Assembly: GCA_041664745.1 (NCBI GenBank)
Contig: JBAYKD010000002.1
Coordinates: forward strand, 6,126 to 70,125
DNA: 64,000 nt
Source of the DNA: Minisyncoccota bacterium
GTDB lineage: Bacteria; Patescibacteriota; Minisyncoccia; Phycocordibacterales; UBA9973
Direction: 5' to 3'
The notes beneath the pieces were generated by a model. The model searched no databases, was not told the DNA's origin, and saw only the letters and a list, made by a program, of their open reading frames with translations. Of this stretch, positions 45,037 through 53,394 are shown piece by piece; position 1 is the first letter of the stretch, and each line of letters begins with the position of its first letter. Position numbers and translations under genes: made by a program.

Positions 45037-45615
45037 ATGAATAAATACAAGAAAAAAATGAATAAAGGTTTTACAATTGTAGAAGCGATGGTAGCAATTT
45101 TCATTTTGACTATTTCTGTTTCATCTATGTTAGGCATTACTGCTTCGAGTGCAGCTTCTGCTAGATATTCTAATAATGAAATTACGGCCAACTATCTCCT
45201 ACAAGAAGCGATTGACTCTATAAGAAATAGCCGTGATACTATTGCTTTCCAGATCAAAGATGGAAGTGGAGGTTGGGATAAATTCTTAGAAAGATATGGT
45301 TATCCACTAGATAAATGTTTTTCTACAGGAGGTTGTTACTTGTCCATGGATACTTTCAAGGTTGGAGATTTAACTGGATCTGATATTAGTAATTGTGGTT
45401 TAAATTGTCCTTATTTAAAATATGATGATACTGGAGGAAATCTTTTCTATAATTATACAGGGGGAGACACGAGTGAGTTTAAAAGAACTGTAAATATGAA
45501 AGAAATAACTCCAGATGAAGTAAAAGTCACTGCGACACTAGAGTGGTTAAATGGTAATGCTACAACACCAAGAACTCAGGTTTTAACAGTGTATCTTTTG
45601 AATTGGCAAAAATAA
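45037..45615 (+). CDS. minor pilin / pseudopilin
   Basis: MNKG|FTIVEAMVAIFILTISV. Confidence 0.75.
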   Translation: MNKYKKKMNKGFTIVEAMVAIFILTISVSSMLGITASSAASARYSNNEITANYLLQEAIDSIRNSRDTIAFQIKDGSGGWDKFLERYGYPLDKCFSTGGCYLSMDTFKVGDLTGSDISNCGLNCPYLKYDDTGGNLFYNYTGGDTSEFKRTVNMKEITPDEVKVTATLEWLNGNATTPRTQVLTVYLLNWQK

Positions 45616-45616
45616 G

Positions 45617-46108
45617 ATGAAAATATTTAAGAAAAAAAAGAATGGAGGATATGCGATACTATTTACGGTGGTTGTAGTCGGTATTATTTCTATGATTACT
45701 ATAGGTCTATCAAATGCCGCTTACAAACAGTTAATTCTTTCTTCTGTTGCTCGCGATTCTACAGCAGCCTTCTATCAGGCAGATATTGGCTCAGAGTGTG
45801 CATTGTATGCTGATAATGAATATAATATGACAAACATACCAGCAAATACGACATGTGGTTCAGATCCTACGGATTCTTTAAACCCTGGAATCCCTCTATC
45901 CTTTACTCCACCTGTTACCAATAATGGAGTAACTAGTTACAATTTAATTTTGGCAGATGAAAATTTGAATAAAAAATGTTTCCGTATTAATGTGACTAAA
46001 ACAGAGTCCGACGTTTCTATTTCTACAAGAGTACAAGCTATGGGTTATAATATATGTAAGAAAAGTAATAGTAGAACCGTTGAACGTGCTATTGAAGTCA
46101 ATTATTAA
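45617..46108 (+). CDS. PilX-like minor pilin (no Glu5)
   Basis: KKKNGGYAILFTVVVVGIISM hydrophobic N-terminus. It is the last gene of the back-to-back minor-pilin run. Confidence 0.5.
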   Translation: MKIFKKKKNGGYAILFTVVVVGIISMITIGLSNAAYKQLILSSVARDSTAAFYQADIGSECALYADNEYNMTNIPANTTCGSDPTDSLNPGIPLSFTPPVTNNGVTSYNLILADENLNKKCFRINVTKTESDVSISTRVQAMGYNICKKSNSRTVERAIEVNY

Positions 46109-46110
46109 TT

Positions 46111-48198
46111 ATGGAAGATAAAAAATTAAAAAACCGAATAGTTAAACTTCGGAAAGAGATTTCTCGTCTTCGCTCTGAATATCATGAGAAGAATAATCCG
46201 AAAGTTACCGATGATGTATATGAGTCCTTATCTCGCGAGCTTAAAGATCTTGAAAGTAAATATCCCGAATATCTCGATCCAAATAGCGCTATAAATAGAG
46301 TAGCGGGCAAACCTCTACCGAGTTTCCAAAAAGTGAAGCATGACATAAGAATGCTTTCTTTGAATGATGTTTTTTCTGAAGAAGAGATTACAGATTGGGA
46401 AACTCGTATCTCAAAAATTTTAGAGAATTCCAATTCTTTAAATTATTTTTGTGAAGTGAAGCTTGATGGTTTGTCAGCCTCGCTCCACTATAAAGATGGA
46501 GTTTTTGTGAGAGGGGCCACGAGAGGAGACGGATGGATAGGGGAAGATGTAACCGAAAATTTAAAAATGATTTCGTCTATACCACTTCGATTGGATGGCG
46601 ATATCAAGGGCGATGTTGAAGTTCGTGGTGAAGTTGTAATGACGAAAAAGGCGTGGGAGAAATTGAATAAAAAACAAGAAGAATCTGGCAAAACAATTTT
46701 TGCAAATACTCGTAATGCTGCTGCAGGGAGCCTCCGTCAGCTTGATCCGCAAATAGTAAAGGAGAGGAATCTTGATTTTTTTGCTTGGGATATAGCACAA
46801 TATCCTACAAGTATTTCTAACCACAGCGATAAGCATAAAATTTTGAAAGATATTGGTTTTCAAATTGCCCCATACGATAAAAAGGCCAAGAATTTAAAAG
46901 AAGTTTTTTCTTTTATAAAAGAGATTGGAAAAGTACGAGCAGGTTTTCCTTATGGTACTGATGGTATGGTTATCTCTATTGATAATTTAGAGATACAAGA
47001 AAGTTTAGGCTATGTGGGTAAGGCACCAAGATATATGACTGCGTATAAATACGAAGCGGAGAGAGCGACAACAGTAGTGACCGATATAACTGTGAATGTT
47101 GGAAGAACGGGCGTGATGACTCCACTAGCACACTTTAATTCGACTCTGGTTGCTGGTTCGACTATTTCAAAAGCAACATTACACAATATGGATCAGATAG
47201 AACGCCTTGATATAAGAGTGGGTGATACTGTCGTTATTCAAAAAGCTGGCGATGTTATTCCTGAGATTGTAGAAGTACTTATAAATATGCGTACTGGGAA
47301 AGAGAAGAAATTTAAAATGCCAGAATTTTGTCCGGTATGTAATTCTAAAATTGAACGTAAGACTGGAGTCGGAGAAAGTCCTATGAGCAACTGGTCTGGC
47401 ACCGGCTCCCGTCCCCCTCGTCCGAGGACCTTGCGAAGAGGAGCTTTCTCCGACTCCAGTCTGTCTTCTTCTGTGGCTTTTTACTGCACTAATAAAAACT
47501 GTCCTGCTAGAAGTAGGAGAGGCATGCAACATTTTGTAAATATATTTGAAATTTATGAGATAGGCCCAAAAATTCTTGATAGATTAAAAGATGAAGGACT
47601 TGTCACAGATGCGGCTGATTTATTTACACTTGAGAAGGTTGACCTTTCAGGGCTCGAAAGGTTTGGGGAAAAATCTGCCGACAACATTATTAAATCTATT
47701 GATATTCACAGAGTGGTTTTACTTTGGAGATTTATATATGCTCTTGGAATTATTCATGTAGGGGAGCAGACGGCTCGCGATCTTGCGAACCATTTTGGTT
47801 CTCTTACCGAGATATCAAAAGCCAGTGAAGAGAGTATAAATAGTATAGAAAATATTGGACCTGTAGTGAGTAAGAGTATATATGAATATTTTAGACAAAA
47901 AGAAAATATAGCTTTTATGGACAAGTTATTTAAAAATGGAGTTATTATTGATAATACATCTTTAAAGGGAACTTTTAGACTTAAAGATAAAATATTTGTT
48001 TTAACAGGAACTCTGGAAACCTTATCTAGAGATGATGCCAAAAAAATGATTATCAAAGAAGGTGGCAGAGTCTCTTCTTCTGTCTCAAATAAGACGGATT
48101 ATGTAGTGGTTGGAGCAGAACCTGGAAGTAAATATGAAGATGCTAAGAAAATTGGGGTAAAAACTCTCACAGAAGATGAATTTCTAAAAATATTGTAA
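46111..48198 (+). CDS. ligA: NAD-dependent DNA ligase LigA (carries a ~33-aa in-frame insertion in the Zn-finger)
   Basis: Adenylation site CEVKLDG, OB fold, Zn-finger CPVC...C..NC, HhH repeats, and C-terminal BRCT (FVLTGTL...). Confidence 0.95.
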   Translation: MEDKKLKNRIVKLRKEISRLRSEYHEKNNPKVTDDVYESLSRELKDLESKYPEYLDPNSAINRVAGKPLPSFQKVKHDIRMLSLNDVFSEEEITDWETRISKILENSNSLNYFCEVKLDGLSASLHYKDGVFVRGATRGDGWIGEDVTENLKMISSIPLRLDGDIKGDVEVRGEVVMTKKAWEKLNKKQEESGKTIFANTRNAAAGSLRQLDPQIVKERNLDFFAWDIAQYPTSISNHSDKHKILKDIGFQIAPYDKKAKNLKEVFSFIKEIGKVRAGFPYGTDGMVISIDNLEIQESLGYVGKAPRYMTAYKYEAERATTVVTDITVNVGRTGVMTPLAHFNSTLVAGSTISKATLHNMDQIERLDIRVGDTVVIQKAGDVIPEIVEVLINMRTGKEKKFKMPEFCPVCNSKIERKTGVGESPMSNWSGTGSRPPRPRTLRRGAFSDSSLSSSVAFYCTNKNCPARSRRGMQHFVNIFEIYEIGPKILDRLKDEGLVTDAADLFTLEKVDLSGLERFGEKSADNIIKSIDIHRVVLLWRFIYALGIIHVGEQTARDLANHFGSLTEISKASEESINSIENIGPVVSKSIYEYFRQKENIAFMDKLFKNGVIIDNTSLKGTFRLKDKIFVLTGTLETLSRDDAKKMIIKEGGRVSSSVSNKTDYVVVGAEPGSKYEDAKKIGVKTLTEDEFLKIL
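47360..47462. mobile_element. palindromic GC-rich element inserted in-frame in ligA
   Basis: Perfect 19-bp inverted repeat AGACTGGAGTCGGAGAAAG / CTTTCTCCGACTCCAGTCT flanking a GC-rich core (GGCACCGGCTCCCGTCCCCCTCGTCCGAGGACCTTGCGAAGAGG). 47362..47460 is 99 bp, or 33 codons. Confidence 0.75.
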
Positions 48199-48216
48199 AT
48201 ATGTTATTCTTGTTAT

Positions 48217-48513
48217 ATGGAACTAGAAGAGATTAAAAAGCTTGCAGATTTAGCTCGTGTAGAGATGAGCGACGAGGAAATGATAGGACTCGCCAAGGAT
48301 TTTGACGCTATTTTAGCATATGTGGGTCAGGTTCAAGAAGTTTCCAAATTAAAAAATACACAACCATTACATGACAATTCGGATAACTATTTCCTTCAAA
48401 ATGTAATGCGCGAAGATATTGTAACTAATAAGAGAGGTGAATACACAGAGAAAATTTTAGACAATGCCCCAGGTACTCAAGATGGATTTTTGAAAGTTAA
48501 GCAAATATTATAA
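48217..48513 (+). CDS. gatC: Asp/Glu-tRNA amidotransferase subunit C
   Basis: 98 aa (LADLARVEMSDEEMIGLAKDFDAILAYVGQV), immediately upstream of gatA. Confidence 0.85.
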   Translation: MELEEIKKLADLARVEMSDEEMIGLAKDFDAILAYVGQVQEVSKLKNTQPLHDNSDNYFLQNVMREDIVTNKRGEYTEKILDNAPGTQDGFLKVKQIL

Positions 48514-48514
48514 T

Positions 48515-49939
48515 ATGGCAATAGATTTAAAAAATTTAAATATAAAGAAGGTAAACGAACATTTTAAAAATGGTGATTTTACTATTCGAGAATTAGTAGA
48601 TGAATATCTTAAAGTTATTAAAGAAAAAAATACTGTTATAAATGCTTATCTAGAAATTTATGATAAAGATATAGATTCTCAAATAAAAATTGCCGAAGAA
48701 ATGTTTCAGAATGGTACAGCAACAGTCCTTACAGGTATACCAATTTCATTAAAAGATAATATTTTATTTAAAGGGCATGTTGCTTCTGCTGGTTCGAAAA
48801 TTTTAGAAAATTACAAAGCGACTTATGATGCCTTTGTTATTGAAAAATTACAAAAACACGGAGTAATTTTCTTAGGTAGAACAAATATGGATGAATTCGC
48901 TATGGGGAGTTCTACACAAACAAGTGCTTTTGGAGTAACAAGGAATCCTCATGATATAACACGAGTTCCTGGAGGAACTTCTGGAGGTCCAGCAGCTTCG
49001 GTCGCAGCAGATATGACTCTTGTTGCATTAGGGACAGAGACTTGTGGTTCAGTCAGACAGCCATCTGCCTTTTGTGGTGTTGTGGGGTTAAAACCTACTT
49101 ATGGAGCAGTGTCTCGTTCTGGAATTATAGCCATGGGGAGTTCTCTTGACCAAGTAGGTCCGATGGGAAAAAACGTAGATGATGTTGAAATTTTATTTAA
49201 AGCGATAACTGGTTATGATAGTAAGGATAGCACTTCTATTCCAGATGAAAGGAGGATTTTTAATAAAGGACCAATTAGAAAACGTATTGCAGTACCCCGA
49301 GAATTTTTAAATGGAGAAGGTATTGAAAGTGAGATTTTGAAAAATTTTGAAGAAAGTTGTGAAAAATTAAAAAAAGCTGGTTATGAAGTAGTTGATGTTG
49401 ATTTACCATCTATTAAATATTCTTTGGCTGTTTATTACGTTATAATGCCAGCGGAGGTTTCAAGTAATCTCGCTCGTTATGATGGTATAAGGTACGGATT
49501 ATCAGAAGAAGCTAATAATCTTTTAGGTGTTTATAGAAAAAGTAGAGGAAAAGGTTTTGGAGAAGAAGTTCGTCGTCGTGTCTTACTTGGTACTTATGTG
49601 TTGTCCCATGGTTATTATGATGCTTATTATAATACAGCGGTGAAAGTTCGTCAGATTATTAAAGAGGAATTAAATGAAATGTTTAAAGATTTTGATGCTT
49701 TTATAACTCCGACAGCTCCATCGTTGCCGTTTAAATTAGGAGAAAAAATGGACGATCCAATAGCTATGTATCTATCCGATATTTTTTCAGCTCCAGCCAA
49801 TTTAGCTGATTTATCTTCTATCGCTATTCCATCTGGATATACAAAAGAAGGTTTACCATTTAGTATACAATTCACAACCCCATTTTTAAGAGAGGATGTT
49901 CTCTTCACCATTGGGAAAGATTTTGAAAAGCTAGTATAA
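48515..49939 (+). CDS. gatA: Asp/Glu-tRNA amidotransferase subunit A
   Basis: Amidase signature GGTSGGPAASVAA..., with the catalytic Ser-cisSer-Lys context (KDNI, GSSTQTS, GGSVRQPSAFCGVVGLKPTYG). Confidence 0.95.
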   Translation: MAIDLKNLNIKKVNEHFKNGDFTIRELVDEYLKVIKEKNTVINAYLEIYDKDIDSQIKIAEEMFQNGTATVLTGIPISLKDNILFKGHVASAGSKILENYKATYDAFVIEKLQKHGVIFLGRTNMDEFAMGSSTQTSAFGVTRNPHDITRVPGGTSGGPAASVAADMTLVALGTETCGSVRQPSAFCGVVGLKPTYGAVSRSGIIAMGSSLDQVGPMGKNVDDVEILFKAITGYDSKDSTSIPDERRIFNKGPIRKRIAVPREFLNGEGIESEILKNFEESCEKLKKAGYEVVDVDLPSIKYSLAVYYVIMPAEVSSNLARYDGIRYGLSEEANNLLGVYRKSRGKGFGEEVRRRVLLGTYVLSHGYYDAYYNTAVKVRQIIKEELNEMFKDFDAFITPTAPSLPFKLGEKMDDPIAMYLSDIFSAPANLADLSSIAIPSGYTKEGLPFSIQFTTPFLREDVLFTIGKDFEKLV

Positions 49940-49946
49940 TGTAATT

Positions 49947-50558
49947 ATGCAACCAAATGTAATACAAACTGTTACACAAAAGCCTCTCTTTGATCCAACA
50001 TATTTAAATATAGAATATTTTTTTGATAAGCTAGCCAATGGCATAGCACCTGTTGTTGATATTATCAAGAATCCAAATACATGGAGTACTCTAGGTACCA
50101 TATCTGTGCTTATTTCAATGATTTTTGTTTTTATAATTATTTTCTCAATAGTTCGATTATATGAAATTCAAGTTTTTGATAAACTAGAAATTGAACATGA
50201 GATTAATCATGCTTTAGCAAAAGATAAAGAAACAGATAAAAGTCAAAATCCACGATGGAAGTATATTCTTACCCTAGTTGAAAGTCCTAATGATTCTGAT
50301 TGGCGAATAGCGATAATAGAAGCAGATAGTCTACTCGAAGAATCTTTTAAAGAGAAGGATTTAATAGGAGACAATATGTCAGAGCTTTTAGAAGATGCGA
50401 AGTCGAATGGATATCCTAGTATTCAAAGTGCTTGGGATGCACATGTTGTACGTAATAGAATTGCTCATGAAGGACAAGAATTTTCACTTACTCAAATAGA
50501 AGCCCGTCGTGTAATAAAGCTCTATCAAAATATTTTTGAAGACTTGAATATAATTTAG
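49947..50558 (+). CDS. hypothetical single-TM protein
   Basis: 203-aa ORF with one TM helix (TLGTISVLISMIFVFIIIFSIV) and a helical C-terminal domain. Confidence 0.5.
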   Translation: MQPNVIQTVTQKPLFDPTYLNIEYFFDKLANGIAPVVDIIKNPNTWSTLGTISVLISMIFVFIIIFSIVRLYEIQVFDKLEIEHEINHALAKDKETDKSQNPRWKYILTLVESPNDSDWRIAIIEADSLLEESFKEKDLIGDNMSELLEDAKSNGYPSIQSAWDAHVVRNRIAHEGQEFSLTQIEARRVIKLYQNIFEDLNII

Positions 50559-50586
50559 AAAAAATCACCTTTATAGGTGATTTTTT
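50558..50586. terminator. bidirectional terminator between 49947..50558 and tRNA-Asp
   Basis: AAAAAATCACCT-TTAT-AGGTGATTTTTT. Confidence 0.7.
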
Positions 50587-50592
50587 CATTTG

Positions 50593-50666
50593 CGCAGTCG
50601 AAGGGATTTGAACCCTCAACCTCCCACGTGACAGGCGGGTGCTCTAACCAGTTGAGCTACGACTGC
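50593..50666 (-). tRNA. tRNA-Asp (GUC)
   Basis: GCAGTCG acceptor, anticodon arm CCCGC-CTGTCAC-GTGGG, T-loop TTCAAAT, discriminator G. Confidence 0.9.
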
Positions 50667-50730
50667 AAATAAACTATAACTGCAAACATTTCAAACATAA
50701 CATAAATTAGAAAAAAATTCTAATCTATTG

Positions 50731-50804
50731 TGTCGGTGGGAGGGCTCGAACCTCCGACCTCGGGCTTATGAGTCCCGCGCTCTAACCAGCTGAGCTACAC
50801 CGAC
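50731..50804 (-). tRNA. tRNA with CAU anticodon, elongator type (Met; Ile-lysidine type not excluded)
   Basis: GTCGGTG/CACCGAC acceptor with a G1:C72 pair, D-stem GCTC/GAGC (C11:G24), loop CTCATAA, T-loop TTCGAGC. Confidence 0.85.
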
Positions 50805-50807
50805 ATT

Positions 50808-50883
50808 ATTCGCTTTAGTCTAACCAAAACAGCTACACAAACACCATTCGCTTTAGTCTAACCAAAACAGCTACACATACATT
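50808..50883 (-). repeat. two tandem 38-nt units that are decayed copies of the 5' acceptor/D-arm part of the adjacent tRNA
   Basis: In tRNA sense, GT(A/G)T(G/T)TGTGTAGCTGTTTTGGTTAGACTAAAGCGAAT occurs twice, compared with the genuine GTCGGTGTAGCTCAGCTGGTTAGAGCG. A further GTCGGTGTA fragment lies at about 50892-50900. Confidence 0.75.
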
Positions 50884-50948
50884 ATTAATTTACACCGACA
50901 CTATTTCGGTTTCATAGACATAATTGTGGTATGTCACTTACCGAATTG

Positions 50949-51019
50949 TTGCGGGAGGTCGAATCGAACGACCGTCTTAAGGTTATGAGCCTTACGAGAT
51001 ACCATTTCTCTATCCCGCT
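50949..51019 (-). tRNA. tRNA-Met (CAU), initiator-like
   Basis: Acceptor AGCGGGA/TCCCGCA with an A1xA72 mismatch, A11:U24 in the D-stem (GAGA/TCTC), anticodon arm TAAGG-CTCATAA-CCTTA, T-loop TTCGATT. Confidence 0.75.
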
Positions 51020-51148
51020 ATAATATACTTACTAACGAGATACCTTTTATATCCCGCTATGTTGTAAAGTCATATTATAACAAAAAATATAGATTTTGCA
51101 ATGATTGAAAATAAGCTTAATTTATAGTATTCTAAGTGGAGTTGAAAA

Positions 51149-51220
51149 GCCGTCATAGCTTAGTGGCAAAGCACTCCCTTGGTAAGGGAGAGAGCGTGAG
51201 TCCGATTCTCACTGACGGCT
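51149..51220 (+). tRNA. tRNA-Thr (GGU)
   Basis: GCCGTCA acceptor, anticodon arm CTCCC-TTGGTAA-GGGAG. Confidence 0.9.
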
Positions 51221-51240
51221 CTGTACCAATTTTTGTTTTA

Positions 51241-51313
51241 GCCGAAGTAGCTCAGTTGGTAGAGCGGCGGTATCGTAAACCGCAGGTCGCCAGTTCAATC
51301 CTGGCCTTCGGCT
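51241..51313 (+). tRNA. tRNA-Thr (CGU)
   Basis: GCCGAAG acceptor, anticodon arm GCGGT-ATCGTAA-ACCGC, T-loop TTCAATC. Confidence 0.9.
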
Positions 51314-51315
51314 CA

Positions 51316-52503
51316 TTAAATTTTCCCGTAGAATTTTTTAATTTTTTCGGCGGCGATTTTTACGTCTGTAAGTGGTGGAACTAAAGCAAATCTTACATAT
51401 TCATTTCCGGGGTTAAAATTATCTTTATCTATATCAGAAATCCAAGCTCCCGGTGTGACTACTATTGCAAGTTCTTTAGAAAGTAGTTCTTTAGCAAATT
51501 CTACAGAGTCCATTCCATTGGGAGTTTTGAGCCAGAGGTAAAATGTCGCTTCACTTTTAGGATTTTCCCATCCTGCAGTTTTAAATGCTTCAAGCATTAT
51601 ATTTCTTTTCTCTTTGTATTGCTTCCTCATTTCTTCCGCGTGGCTTTCATCTGTCAGTGCTGCTATGGATCCAGCTTGGATAAAGTCGGGAGTTCCCGAA
51701 TCTATATTTGTTTTTAACTTTTTAAATTTCTCTATTATGTTCTCATCTCCTGCTACCCAGCCGACTCTGTAGCCCGTCATATTATTCCTCTTACTTAATG
51801 AATAGAAAGTGATGATTCCTTTCGTACCGCATTCTAATATTGATATTGGTTTCTCATTGAAATAAATATCTATATAACAACCTTCATCAGACGCTATAAT
51901 TATATTATATTTCTCTGCCCAAGCTATTAATCCTTCATAGTATTGTCGTGTTGCACAAGCTCCCGTTGGGGAGTTCGGATAATTGATCCAGATAATTTTT
52001 GCTTTTTCTGCTACTTCCTCGGGTATAGATTTATAATCAAGTAAAAAGTTATTTTCTTCTCTTAGAGAGACGAAGTAGGGTATGCCTCCGGCAAAGATAG
52101 TTCCTGTCTTCATCGGTGGATATCCAGGGTTGGGTAATATGACTATATCTCCTTCATTGATAAAAGCTTGTGGCAAGTGAAAGACGGCTTCTTTGGATCC
52201 GATAGTCGCGCAAATCTCTTTATCAGTATCAAGAGTAATTCCAAATCTTTTCTTCATCCACTTTGCTATTTCTTCTCTATATGCTAATTGCCCTATGTAG
52301 CTTGGATAGCCAGCACTTCCATATACATCAAGTGCTTCCTTCACAGCCTTTTTTACGAACTCTGGCGTAGGAGCTGTCGGGTCGCCTACTCCGAAATCTA
52401 TCGGATTTATACCATCAACTTTCAATTTAGCTACTAATTTATTCACTTCATCAAAAGCGTAGCCTCCGATTTTATTTAATTTTTCTGACGCAATTATATT
52501 CAT
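51316..52503 (-). CDS. dapL: LL-diaminopimelate aminotransferase-like class I/II aminotransferase
   Basis: PLP-enzyme motifs NYPNSPTG and SLSKRNNMTGYRVGW. It overlaps dapA by 4 nt in a dapB-dapA-dapL operon. Confidence 0.7.
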   Translation of the reverse strand: MNIIASEKLNKIGGYAFDEVNKLVAKLKVDGINPIDFGVGDPTAPTPEFVKKAVKEALDVYGSAGYPSYIGQLAYREEIAKWMKKRFGITLDTDKEICATIGSKEAVFHLPQAFINEGDIVILPNPGYPPMKTGTIFAGGIPYFVSLREENNFLLDYKSIPEEVAEKAKIIWINYPNSPTGACATRQYYEGLIAWAEKYNIIIASDEGCYIDIYFNEKPISILECGTKGIITFYSLSKRNNMTGYRVGWVAGDENIIEKFKKLKTNIDSGTPDFIQAGSIAALTDESHAEEMRKQYKEKRNIMLEAFKTAGWENPKSEATFYLWLKTPNGMDSVEFAKELLSKELAIVVTPGAWISDIDKDNFNPGNEYVRFALVPPLTDVKIAAEKIKKFYGKI

Positions 52504-53393
52504 ATAATTCTCATCTGCTTCAATAATTCTTTCACTTGCTTTCCATGTTCTTCACTTATTTCGCACATTGGTAATCTGTAAACATTTTGGCAAAGACCCA
52601 TTTCATATGATGCATATTTTACTGGTATTGGATTTGTTTCTATAAATAACATTTTGAATAATGGATTTAATTTGTCATTCGCTTCTTCCGCTTCTTTTAT
52701 TTTTCCATCCAAGGCAAGGTTTACCATTTCAATCATTTTTTCTGGCACAATATTTGAAGTGACAGAAATTACTCCATTGACTCCGCAATCTTTTATCATT
52801 TTGAAAGTTATATTATCATCACCTGAAAGCACGACGAAGTCATCAGGTTTTGAATCACAAACAGCTCTAATCTGGTCCAAATCTCCAGATGCTTCTTTGA
52901 CTCCGACAATATTTTTCATTTCATTTGCTAGTCTGACTAAAGTAGGAGTCTCAATATTTACACCCGTGCGTCCTTTTATATTGTATAAGATTATTGGTAG
53001 GTCTGTGGACTCTGCTATGGCTTTAAAGTGCCTATATAGTCCCTCTTGAGTTGGTTTATTATAATAAGGGTTCACAAGTATTATCATATCGGCTCCGGCA
53101 TCTTTCGCAATTTTTGTCTTATAGATAGATTTCTCTGTATTATTTGTCCCAGTTCCTGCCATTATAAGGCACTTACTGCCAACTTTTTCTTTGGCTCTTT
53201 TTACAAGATTGCAACACTCATCATCATTTAATGTAGGGGATTCTCCAGTCGTCCCGCTGATTACAAGCCCTACTATATGAGCTTCTAGTTGCCTCTCTAC
53301 AAGACGATCAAAAGCTTCCCAATCAATAGAGCCATCCACTTTAAATGGAGTTATGAGAGCAGTCCAGACACCTTGTAGTTTTTCTTTATTCAT
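52500..53393 (-). CDS. dapA: 4-hydroxy-tetrahydrodipicolinate synthase
   Basis: GTTGESPTL, YNIKGRTG, and the Schiff-base Lys context VGVKEASGD. Confidence 0.92.
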   Translation of the reverse strand: MNKEKLQGVWTALITPFKVDGSIDWEAFDRLVERQLEAHIVGLVISGTTGESPTLNDDECCNLVKRAKEKVGSKCLIMAGTGTNNTEKSIYKTKIAKDAGADMIILVNPYYNKPTQEGLYRHFKAIAESTDLPIILYNIKGRTGVNIETPTLVRLANEMKNIVGVKEASGDLDQIRAVCDSKPDDFVVLSGDDNITFKMIKDCGVNGVISVTSNIVPEKMIEMVNLALDGKIKEAEEANDKLNPLFKMLFIETNPIPVKYASYEMGLCQNVYRLPMCEISEEHGKQVKELLKQMRII

Positions 53394-53394
53394 A

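Noticed and set aside
47179-47532. 117-aa antisense ORF with an Arg/Gly/Ser-rich segment inside ligA.
   Set aside because: It exists only because the palindromic insertion is stop-free on both strands. It mirrors the sense peptide (TGVGES...FSDSSL) and is not an independent gene.
50808-50883. Possible CRISPR-like array (two 38-nt direct repeats).
   Set aside because: There are only two units. They are directly abutting with no spacers, are clearly derived from the neighbouring tRNA 5' half, and no cas genes are present in the window.
51136-51384. 82-aa + strand ORF.
   Set aside because: It reads straight through two well-formed tRNA-Thr genes (51149..51220 and 51241..51313), so it is not coding.
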